Shown here: one piece after another, positions 8,723 to 16,781 of the stretch | Position numbering within the stretch: position 1 is the first letter of the stretch | Layout of the letters: every line of letters begins with the position of its first letter | Source: Candidatus Bipolaricaulota bacterium | Lineage (GTDB): Bacteria; Bipolaricaulota; Bipolaricaulia; M55B111 | Assembly (NCBI GenBank): GCA_021735185.1 | Contig: JAIPHN010000001.1 | Coordinates: 1 to 49,012 of the forward strand | DNA length: 49,012 nt | Direction: 5' to 3' | Program-made: the position numbers and the translations under genes | Notes under the pieces: model-generated | Told to the model about the DNA's origin: nothing | Databases searched by the model: none | What the model saw: only the letters and a program-made list of their open reading frames with translations

Positions 8723-10525
8723 CTATTCGGTCGACTCGGCCATTTGTTTAAATTGAAGCTGATAGAAATCATAGAATTCTCCCTGTTTCTCCATCAGTTG
8801 ATCGAATTTGCCTTTTTCTATGATTTCCCCTGCCTCCACGAACAATATCTGGTCCGCGTTCGTTATGGTAGATAACCTGTGAGCAATCGTAAAGGTCGTT
8901 CGTCCCTTCGAAACCTTATCGATGGCTTCCTGAATTAATTTTTCCGTATAAGTATCGACCGAAGAAGTCGCTTCGTCCAGGATCAGAATTTTCGGGTCCT
9001 GAATTAAGGCACGCGCTATCGAGATTCTCTGTTTTTGCCCCCCGGAAAGCTTTACGCCCCGCTGACCGATATCAGTTTCGTATCCGTCAGGCAGATCGGA
9101 AATAAATTCGTCAACGTTAGCTTCACAGGCATACTCGATTATCTCATCCCTGGTAACCTCGGGCTTTCCGTAGGATATGTTTTCGGTAACCGTACCGGAA
9201 AACAGGTAGTCATCCTGCATCACCATGGCGATATTTCTCCTTAGATGCCGTATATCCCATTCCCTGACGTCCACTTCGTCAAGCTTAACGGACCCCTCAT
9301 TTACGTCGTAAAGTCTGGGTAAAAGTCGTACAAATGTAGTCTTACCGGCGCCGCTTGGTCCTACCAGAGCAACTGTCTGTTCGGGCTCCACCGAGACATC
9401 TATACCGGATAGCACGGTCTCACCTTCACTATAATCGAAATAGACTCCGTCGTAATCTACCCTGCCTTTTACTTCTTCGCGCGGCTTCGTGTAGCCCCCG
9501 GCAGTGTGAACGATCTCGGGCTCTATATCCAGATGGGAAAAGAAACGTTCCGTGCTGGCGAAAAACCTGCTCAACCGCTGGCTAATTTGAACCATCCGAA
9601 GAATTGGCGCTCTAAATCTGATCAAATAGGTATAAAACGCGACCACGGTTCCGGCGGTAAGCGCTCCCTGATAAACAAGGTAACCTCCGTACCCGATCGT
9701 CAGAATCAACCCAAAACTATTGAGGAAATAAGAAACCGGTCCAAGAGTGCTGAAATACTTGATTGCCGAGGCGCGCGCGTCGTAGTGTTCCTCGTTTTGT
9801 TCAAAAAACCGCTCCATCTCGTAGTCCTCGTTGGCAAAGGACTTTATCACCTTCATGCCGGCGAGATTATCTTCCAGACGATCGTTTAGTTTTCCTTTTG
9901 CTTCCCGATTTCGCCGGAATGCCCTGTGCATTCTTCTTATTAGCACAACGGCAAATACAAACAAGAAAGGAGTAAAAGATAGAGCAATTAAGGTCAGCGG
10001 TACGTCCATTAAAAAAAGAATCACCAGAACTCCGGTAATCGTCGTCGTGGCCTGGAGAAATCCCTCGGGACCATGATGGACGAACTCCTGAAGCACGTTT
10101 AGATCATCAATGATTCTGGACATCAGTTCGCCCGTCTTCTTGCTATCGTGAAACTTGAGCGGTAGTTTCTGGAAGTGATCGTATATATCGTTCCTCATGT
10201 CGAAGACGACCTTCTGGGCGATCCTGTGTCCAAAATAGTTCCTGGCAAACCTAACCAGCGATATAACGGAAAACGCTCCAAAAGCCCAGAGAGAAAGCGT
10301 GATTATTTTTCCCAGGTTTTTGGCGGGAATGGCATTATCTATCAGGCTCCTCAACAGGAGAGGGGGAACCAGTCCCGCAAGCGCCCCAAGCACATGGAGG
10401 ACCTGGATCGGTACGTACTCCAGCAGATTGGGCTTTAGGTAATCTTTATAAAATCGCTTCAGAAGAAAACCTTTTGAATACTCTGAATACGTCTGATCGT
10501 CCTCGTCCATTCCCGAATTCTTCAT
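8723..10525 (-). CDS. Fused ABC exporter (TMD-NBD, MsbA/multidrug type)
   Basis: 600 aa with six N-terminal TM helices. Walker A GPSGAGKTT, signature LSGGQKQRISIARAL, Walker B ILILDEATS. Confidence 0.9.
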   Translation of the reverse strand: MKNSGMDEDDQTYSEYSKGFLLKRFYKDYLKPNLLEYVPIQVLHVLGALAGLVPPLLLRSLIDNAIPAKNLGKIITLSLWAFGAFSVISLVRFARNYFGHRIAQKVVFDMRNDIYDHFQKLPLKFHDSKKTGELMSRIIDDLNVLQEFVHHGPEGFLQATTTITGVLVILFLMDVPLTLIALSFTPFLFVFAVVLIRRMHRAFRRNREAKGKLNDRLEDNLAGMKVIKSFANEDYEMERFFEQNEEHYDARASAIKYFSTLGPVSYFLNSFGLILTIGYGGYLVYQGALTAGTVVAFYTYLIRFRAPILRMVQISQRLSRFFASTERFFSHLDIEPEIVHTAGGYTKPREEVKGRVDYDGVYFDYSEGETVLSGIDVSVEPEQTVALVGPSGAGKTTFVRLLPRLYDVNEGSVKLDEVDVREWDIRHLRRNIAMVMQDDYLFSGTVTENISYGKPEVTRDEIIEYACEANVDEFISDLPDGYETDIGQRGVKLSGGQKQRISIARALIQDPKILILDEATSSVDTYTEKLIQEAIDKVSKGRTTFTIAHRLSTITNADQILFVEAGEIIEKGKFDQLMEKQGEFYDFYQLQFKQMAESTE

Positions 10526-10746
10526 AAATCTCCTTACTTATTTCTTAAATTGAGTTTCCGGCAAACTAACTTATAAATTTGCTCCTGAAAGACATCTCTT
10601 TGAGACCATTTCAGCCATAGACAAACAATGATAGTGGTATTTTTACGTCCTTCAACCCCTCAGTGCTGAACTGAATTGCTAATTCCTATAATAAAATAAC
10701 CACTCGCATTTTTTATGAAGTCGGGAGTGATCTACTCGAAACCCCC

Positions 10747-12321
10747 TTAGTTCAGAAAATTTTGCCATTCATCGTAAAGACTGGCGTAATTGTCAAAAAA
10801 GGCAACTGCTTTCTCTCGTTTATTCTCTGCTTTATCGTACTCCCCGAGCTTTCGGTACAGTTTGCTCTGTACTGCATTAATCAGGGCGGATATTTCCTTG
10901 CTGTCGGTACTTTCCTGGACTCTCTCTAACGCTGATACTGATTCTGACAGCCGATCATCCCTACCGAGCCAGGTGTTTAGAAGCGACCTGGCAATTATCA
11001 CAAGATAGGGTTTTGCGGTCTCATCGGTAGGTAGAAGATAACTACCGCCTTCCTCTTTAAGCTCCGTTTCCAGGTAATCCAGTCCGTATTCCAGCCAATC
11101 CCTATTTTTCCGGTACTTGCCAAGAACCCCGAGAAGGATCCTGGGAGTCTCTTTTGCGGCGATTATTCCGTTGTAATAAGATGCCCTAATGTCTCCCTCT
11201 CGCTCCGAATCTTCAAACTTTTTTAGGTATACTTCGGAAAGGAAACTCCGGTCTATTTCGGGCGTAGTCTTCTTCATGTTTTCTATTGCCGATTCCCATT
11301 GCCCCAGCCCCTTCTGCAGTCTCGCTTTAACCTCATATATGTCCTTAGATTTTAATTCCGTTTCCAGAAAGTCGCCGAAAACCTTCAGCTTCTTTGCGGC
11401 AACACTTATTTTCCCCAGCCCGGCTTCGTAAGCTCCCGCGTTCAGGCTTACCCGGGCGATAAGGTATTCAGTCATCGGCGAATACGGGTCAAACTGATCC
11501 GTTCCAGTCAGTCTTTCTATTATCTCTCCGGGCTCTTTTAGTTCTTTCCGCGCTATCTTTTCAGTTATTTCCGACTTCAGGCTGTTGATCAAAGAGCGAA
11601 ACCCCGACCTCTCGAGGTAAAAACTCCCTTCTCTCAGCCCCAGAGAATTATCCCTGTTTTCATCTACCACGAGTTCCAAACTTGAAACGAAAGCCGGCTT
11701 CGGCAATGAAAAGACCGAGTAATCGCCAAACGGCCGGTCATACTCAAACTCCAGCTTCACGCTTCTGGTATCCTCTGGAACCCTAGAACCGTCTTCGTAC
11801 TCATAGCCTCCGGCAATTAACGATAGGGCCTCTTCCCCGGTCCCCTTATTTATCTCAACTATAAACCTGTTAGCGTATGGGAATCGGTCCTTGACCCTCT
11901 CCCCTTTTTTCATATCGAAGTCCAAGCTTATTTCTCCCCCTGGCTTCAGGTAAGCAAAACCAGGGCTTTCTTTACCGGAGCTTTCGGCACTTCTGTTCCC
12001 TCTCTGAATGATTGCATTCCGTGCTTCTTCGGAAGTCATTTCTCTGCGGCAGCCGGTAATACAGGTCGGGTGAAAACCATTTGAAAACAGAGTCACCGAC
12101 TTTCCGGGTTTGGCAGAATAATTCAGCGAATAAAATTCCGGATGATCCGTGTAAATATATGCTTTCTCCGGGTTGAACCTGTAGATTATCGGTTTCTCCT
12201 GCCTGGCAAAGTATATCGTAATCCCGCTCACTATAATCGCAAAGACCAATATCCCCCCAATAGTCCTAAAAGCTCTGGTCCAGGATGAAAGGGAACCCGA
12301 ATTATCCTTCCCTCCGAACAT
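10747..12321 (-). CDS. Hypothetical single-pass membrane protein with a helical-repeat (TPR-like) C-terminal half
   Basis: 524-aa ORF with a TM segment (GGILVFAIIVSGITIYF) and GAGGTGA ahead of the ATG. It starts 9 nt after the stop of the S9 peptidase gene. No catalytic motif was recognised. Confidence 0.6.
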   Translation of the reverse strand: MFGGKDNSGSLSSWTRAFRTIGGILVFAIIVSGITIYFARQEKPIIYRFNPEKAYIYTDHPEFYSLNYSAKPGKSVTLFSNGFHPTCITGCRREMTSEEARNAIIQRGNRSAESSGKESPGFAYLKPGGEISLDFDMKKGERVKDRFPYANRFIVEINKGTGEEALSLIAGGYEYEDGSRVPEDTRSVKLEFEYDRPFGDYSVFSLPKPAFVSSLELVVDENRDNSLGLREGSFYLERSGFRSLINSLKSEITEKIARKELKEPGEIIERLTGTDQFDPYSPMTEYLIARVSLNAGAYEAGLGKISVAAKKLKVFGDFLETELKSKDIYEVKARLQKGLGQWESAIENMKKTTPEIDRSFLSEVYLKKFEDSEREGDIRASYYNGIIAAKETPRILLGVLGKYRKNRDWLEYGLDYLETELKEEGGSYLLPTDETAKPYLVIIARSLLNTWLGRDDRLSESVSALERVQESTDSKEISALINAVQSKLYRKLGEYDKAENKREKAVAFFDNYASLYDEWQNFLN

Positions 12322-12330
12322 AGCTTCACC

Positions 12331-14256
12331 TCACTTTTCTAGGTTTTTTATCTCGACTTTTTCTATTTTTTCCGGGGGATGAAAGTTCAGTATCCGTGAG
12401 TAAAAGAATAGTTCCGCCTCCAGGGAGCGCTCGATATTTTTCTCTTTTCTAAATCCGTGCTGTTCGTCTTCAAAGAGGAGATAGGCTGTGGGAACATTCC
12501 TGCCTGCAAGTGACTTATACATTGCTTTTGCCTGGTCAGGCGGCACCACTTCATCTTCACCACCCTGAAAGAATATCACCGGGGAAGTGATATCCTCAGA
12601 GTGTTTTATCGGAGATCTCTCTTCGTAGATATCCTCCGCTTCGGGATAAGGACCAATTAATCCATCCAGGTACCTGGATTCGAATTTATGCGTATCTTCC
12701 GAGAGCTTTACGGGGTCACTCACGCCGTAATAACTCGCCCCGGCACGGAACACGTCTTTAAAAGCCAGCGAGGCGAGGGTCGTATAACCACCGGCGCTAC
12801 CCCCTCTGACGGCCAGCCTGTCCCGATCCACCTTCCCAATTTCTGCAAGGTGCAGAGCACCTCTTGCACAGTCCTCTACATCGACTACACCCCATTCACC
12901 TTTCAACTCCTGTCTGTAATCTCTGCCAAATCCGGTGCTCCCGCGGTAGTTAACGTCAAGCACGGCAATTCCGCGGCTCGTCCAGTACTGGATTTCCTGA
13001 GACAACCCGTCAGAAGTCGACGCAGTCGGACCACCATGGCTTACCACGAGAAGTGGGGGTTTTTCCGACTCCGGCCCCCTGTACTCCTTATTATTTGGGG
13101 AGTAGTAGAAAGAATGTACTTTTTCTCCTTCTGATTCGAATTCAATCGTTTCGAGAACAGAAAAATACCCCTTATCCACCTCCGGCGAGAAAGATAGCTT
13201 GAGCGTATCCACTTTTCCCGTATCCCGCGAAAGCACTCTGATTCCGGGGGGATTGTCCGGGCTTCCTCCGATGAACCAGACTTCGTTCCCTTCAGCTTTA
13301 AGAGAAGATATTTGTGTATAGGGAAGGTCATAGGATTTAGAACTCCCGTCCTCCAGATCCTTCTCTCCGGAAAACCAGCGGCCGTTCTCCGAATAGGTAT
13401 AAACGAGCTTTCCCGGTGCCGGGAAATCGTAAGTGGATATCCCGAATTGCCATTGTGGCCTGCCAAATTCGGCCTTCCTTTCAATTATTCGCTTTCCCTC
13501 CTCCCCGTTCCAGCTATAGAGATTCCACCAGCCCGTTCTATCGGAAACGTAAAAAAGGTCACCTGATTTACTCCACTTCGGAATAATAACGGATTCAGAT
13601 TCGCCGCCCGCGATAACCCTCTGGTCTTTTAGATCACCTTTTTCATTTAACTCACCAACGTGAAGGCAGGTGCCGTCCCAGGGCATATTCGGATGGTCCC
13701 AGGTAACCCAGCAAATTTTGTCCCTCTCCTGGTTAATTCTCGGGGAAGCGTAGAAATCATGCCCTCTGGCAACAACTTCCTGGTGACCGTTATCGTCTAG
13801 AGGTATAGCTACGAGGTAGTTCTCAGGTTCTCCATCTCCAGTATGGTCTTCGCAAACCCCCAGAAGTCTGCCCCTTTCATCGTCCAGGACGTAGTCAGCG
13901 TAACGAAAACTGCCCTCGGGGGAAACCGGCCGGGGTTCTTTTCCTTCAGCCATCCTGTAAATTCTCTGATCGGCGAAATTGGAAAAATAAATGACCCCTT
14001 CACTAACCTCGTAGGACCCTCCGCCGTACTCGTGCACGCGGTTCCTCACGTTAAACCCGTCCGGCGTCAAATCAACTGGTTTTCCGCCTTTGTCTAACTT
14101 GACAATGATATTTCTCCCACCCTCGCCGGGACGCGTTTCTAGCCAGTAAAGCGATTCAGCTTCAGGTTGAATTTCAGCCAGTCCAACCCTTCCGGATGCA
14201 ACTTTTTCCGCCGTGATCGGCGTCTTCCAGGAACCGTATTCTTTTACTTCTTTCAA
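12331..14256 (-). CDS. S9 family serine peptidase (prolyl oligopeptidase / acylaminoacyl-peptidase type)
   Basis: N-terminal beta-propeller-like region and a C-terminal alpha/beta hydrolase domain with GGSAGGY (nucleophile Ser) and the ...EDEQHGF His region. The TTG start is preceded by GGGAGGGG. Confidence 0.88.
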   Translation of the reverse strand: MKEVKEYGSWKTPITAEKVASGRVGLAEIQPEAESLYWLETRPGEGGRNIIVKLDKGGKPVDLTPDGFNVRNRVHEYGGGSYEVSEGVIYFSNFADQRIYRMAEGKEPRPVSPEGSFRYADYVLDDERGRLLGVCEDHTGDGEPENYLVAIPLDDNGHQEVVARGHDFYASPRINQERDKICWVTWDHPNMPWDGTCLHVGELNEKGDLKDQRVIAGGESESVIIPKWSKSGDLFYVSDRTGWWNLYSWNGEEGKRIIERKAEFGRPQWQFGISTYDFPAPGKLVYTYSENGRWFSGEKDLEDGSSKSYDLPYTQISSLKAEGNEVWFIGGSPDNPPGIRVLSRDTGKVDTLKLSFSPEVDKGYFSVLETIEFESEGEKVHSFYYSPNNKEYRGPESEKPPLLVVSHGGPTASTSDGLSQEIQYWTSRGIAVLDVNYRGSTGFGRDYRQELKGEWGVVDVEDCARGALHLAEIGKVDRDRLAVRGGSAGGYTTLASLAFKDVFRAGASYYGVSDPVKLSEDTHKFESRYLDGLIGPYPEAEDIYEERSPIKHSEDITSPVIFFQGGEDEVVPPDQAKAMYKSLAGRNVPTAYLLFEDEQHGFRKEKNIERSLEAELFFYSRILNFHPPEKIEKVEIKNLEK

Positions 14257-14325
14257 GATCGACCCCTCCCAGGAGTATTATTCGCCAGCACAAAAATTAA
14301 CCCCGGGATCATCCAGGGCATCAAA

Positions 14326-14353
14326 AACATACTCAAATTGACTTATAAATCAA
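14326..14353 (-). promoter_or_regulatory. Possible promoter for the S9 peptidase gene: TTGATT, 16-nt spacer, TATGTT
   Basis: On the minus strand, TTGATT lies at 14353..14348 and TATGTT at 14331..14326. It sits between the gene start (14256) and the MITE insertion (TSD starts at 14367). Confidence 0.25.
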
Positions 14354-14371
14354 GCTGAATATTTAATAAAA

Positions 14372-14715
14372 CCTAAGTTGTGCGATTCTCTCACTCATGA
14401 CCAACTTCTAAATGGGTATTCAAGTTGAAATCACTGCCCTTTGAGAAATCTAATTGCTTCACCCAGTTGGTGACCTCTAAAATGTTTGTGCCAACTTGCT
14501 CTCTCGAAACTTTCAACCAGCACCCAGATGAGCTCCGGAACTTGGCTCTAGATTTTTTACTTCCCTGGAGTATAGGCTGCCAGGCTCGTTTAATGGTAGA
14601 TTATATTTCCAGGTTACTTTTCTCATCTGGGTGCTGGACCAAGTCTTGCTTGCAAAATAAAAATTATAAATACCACTGAACTTTCAGCTAACCTGTCCAA
14701 ACCGCTTAAATTAGG
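14372..14715 (+). mobile_element. MITE-like non-autonomous element, copy 1 (344 bp): arm A, invertible core, arm B
   Basis: Aligns end to end with the reverse complement of 41104..41448. Imperfect TIRs are CCTAAGTTGTGCGATT and CCTAATTTAAGCGGTT (12/16). The 5-bp direct repeat TAAAA is exact at 14367..14371 and 14716..14720. No ORF is conserved between copies. Confidence 0.8.
14517..14637. repeat. Core module of copy 1: perfect 16-bp inverted repeats (CCAGCACCCAGATGAG / CTCATCTGGGTGCTGG) flanking 89 bp
   Basis: IRL at 14517..14532 and IRR at 14622..14637, read directly. The 89-bp interior has the same plus-strand orientation as in copy 2, although the arms are reverse-complemented. Confidence 0.75.
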
Positions 14716-14828
14716 TAAAAGATTTTTTGATTAAAAAGCCCGATTTGTGATATTATAGAATAGTTAGATTTATTCCACTCAAATCATAACTGTTAAGTGA
14801 GAGCCAGACCGGGAAGGAGAAAACCTAT

Positions 14829-15599
14829 CTAGCTGCCTTTCGATCCTTCTCCCACTTCCGCTAATAACCCCACCGTTTCTTCGACGATAATTTTCATCTG
14901 TTTTTCTCGGCTGATCCCTGCCTTACCGTCGCCTGATTGAAAACCGTACCAGCCAAACTGGCTATGGTTACCGCCGGTTATTTCGACGAATTCCGTATCC
15001 GGCGGAAGTTGTTCCCGGGATCGAACGACTTTTGACTCATTTATTATTTCATCTCTTCCCCCGATAATACTTAAGACCTTCAGATCGGTAGAGAAACTTT
15101 CTCCTTTCTGGGGGTAAGAAGCCCAGAGCAGAAGCCCTTCAACGGAATAATCCGTTCGGACAACAAACCTGGCCGCCATTGCACCCCCCATAGAGTGGCC
15201 GCCAATAACCCAATCTTTTTCTTCGGAGTGGTTAGTAATGATTTCTCCCGCTTTTTTCCACCCGAGAACCGCCAGGTTCAGTGGGGCGCTAACCAGAAAT
15301 ACTTCATACCCTTCTTCGGCGATTTTCAGTGCCTCCGGGGCATAAGCCCGGACCGGAACTCTTGCCCCGGGATAGAATATCAAACCCACTTCGGGTTCCG
15401 AACCCCAAGGGGTATAATGGAACCCACTTACTCCTTCGGTATCGATCTCTTCAACCTCAACGGCCTCGCTACCCTGCAGGGCTTCCGAAGCTCGATTCAT
15501 GACCTCCTGCGGCCTTATAAACCACCCGGCTGTTCCCAAACCGGCCAGAAGCAGGGCTATAGCTACCGATATCAGAGGTAGTTTTAATTTTTTTCTCAT
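14829..15599 (-). CDS. Alpha/beta hydrolase, membrane-anchored or secreted
   Basis: N-terminal signal/anchor (KLKLPLISVAIALLLAGLGTAGW) and nucleophile elbow GGHSMGG. Confidence 0.8.
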   Translation of the reverse strand: MRKKLKLPLISVAIALLLAGLGTAGWFIRPQEVMNRASEALQGSEAVEVEEIDTEGVSGFHYTPWGSEPEVGLIFYPGARVPVRAYAPEALKIAEEGYEVFLVSAPLNLAVLGWKKAGEIITNHSEEKDWVIGGHSMGGAMAARFVVRTDYSVEGLLLWASYPQKGESFSTDLKVLSIIGGRDEIINESKVVRSREQLPPDTEFVEITGGNHSQFGWYGFQSGDGKAGISREKQMKIIVEETVGLLAEVGEGSKGS

Positions 15600-15726
15600 C
15601 TTTACTTAATCTCCCGTTAGACGATAGAATTCTAAAATACCGGACTTAAACTGACAAGTTTGGAATAAAGAGTATTTAACGTATTGATCGGGTTTAACTC
15701 TGAACGAGGATGGTTATACTTAGTCC

Positions 15727-16611
15727 ATGATTTATCTGATATTTGCGGGCATTAGTTTTGGCACTATCGGTCTTTTTGTTAACCTTATTGGAAACAGTGT
15801 TTCAACGCTTTTGGTCGTCTCGATCAGATTACTATCTACCGCCGGACTTATCTACCTCTACCAGATTTTTAAGGGTACCAGGAAAAAAATTCGGCTGAAC
15901 TCTCGCCGGGAGCTTTATATAGTTATAGTCGGCGGTATTATTGGTTTCGCAACGACTTTTAGCCTGTATTTAAAATCGCTGTTATTGATACCAGTTTCCG
16001 AAGCAGTATTCCTCCACTACGTGGCCTTCCCCTTTACCACAATACTTTACTCCTCGATCTTCCTAAAAGAAAAAGTAACCGGCTACGAACTCCTCTCTCT
16101 GCTGGGGACGGCTCTTGGAGTATTTTTCATTTACAACGTTGGTTTTGCCGGGGGGTTTTCCTCGCTTTTTGGTTACAGCATTGCCTTTCTATCCGGGATA
16201 ACTTATACTGCCGCTCTTCTGGTACTAAAGAACCTGGGGGAAAGCAAAACCACTTTACAGTCACTCTTCTGGCCGACTTTCGTCGGTGGAATAGCCCTCC
16301 TGCCAGTTTCCCTGCTCGGGGGGTTTACCTTCAAGATGGGAAACGGCGCCCTGGCCCCGCTCCTGGGCCTGGTGCTGATTTCAACCCTCCTGGGGTATTC
16401 TCTCTTTGCAAGGGGGTTAAAGGAAACCAGAGCGGGATTGTCTTCTCTAATTCTTATCGCCGTCGAACCGCTTTCAGCTGCCCTAATGGCCATATTCTTT
16501 CTGGGGGAGTCCCTTACCCTGTCTTCAGCTCTGGGCGGGGGTCTGGTAATTTCATCCGGAATACTGCTTTATATAAGCCAATCGCGCAGCACAAAAAGTC
16601 GTGATTATTGA
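15727..16611 (+). CDS. EamA/DMT superfamily transporter
   Basis: 294 aa, about 10 TM helices arranged as two EamA-like halves. Confidence 0.82.
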   Translation: MIYLIFAGISFGTIGLFVNLIGNSVSTLLVVSIRLLSTAGLIYLYQIFKGTRKKIRLNSRRELYIVIVGGIIGFATTFSLYLKSLLLIPVSEAVFLHYVAFPFTTILYSSIFLKEKVTGYELLSLLGTALGVFFIYNVGFAGGFSSLFGYSIAFLSGITYTAALLVLKNLGESKTTLQSLFWPTFVGGIALLPVSLLGGFTFKMGNGALAPLLGLVLISTLLGYSLFARGLKETRAGLSSLILIAVEPLSAALMAIFFLGESLTLSSALGGGLVISSGILLYISQSRSTKSRDY

Positions 16612-16781
16612 CTCTTTAGGGAGAACCCGAAATCAGGTAGTTGTCGCTGTAAAGGAATTAAATTAAATTCACATACCCTTCCAAGCCGAGCTGTCGAAAT
16701 CACTCAAACCATTGTTTAAGAAAAGTAGAATTTACCTTAAACTGATCTAAGATAATTCACTTTCACAACCTGGAGGACGAA

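Noticed and set aside
14346-14436. Similarity between hypervariable patch 1 of copy 1 and the reverse complement of its left flank (TATTCA..TTGA), which might have hinted at a guide-like programmable segment
   Set aside because: Only about 11/16 positions match in AT-rich sequence, and the equivalent comparison at copy 2 shows no similarity.
14533-14621. Whether the 14 core mismatches between copies reflect DGR-style adenine mutagenesis (TR/VR pair)
   Set aside because: The substitutions are not adenine-specific in either direction. No reverse transcriptase is present, and neither copy lies in a coding region.
14425-14679. 84-aa plus-strand ORF inside MITE copy 1, with 60- and 63-aa ORFs at 41110..41292 (-) and 41234..41425 (+) inside copy 2
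   Set aside because: The ORFs are not colinear between copies, because the flipped core breaks them. They have no ribosome-binding site, and their Cys/Leu-rich composition is unlike the acidic genuine proteins. I treat them as non-coding element sequence.
14372-14715. IS200/IS605-type PATE, TnpB omega-RNA or IS110 bridge-RNA explanation for the structured repeat
   Set aside because: Those systems lack terminal inverted repeats with 5-bp target duplications. Here both copies have TIRs plus exact 5-bp TSDs, which fits a DDE-type MITE. No tnpA, tnpB or IS110 recombinase gene is nearby.
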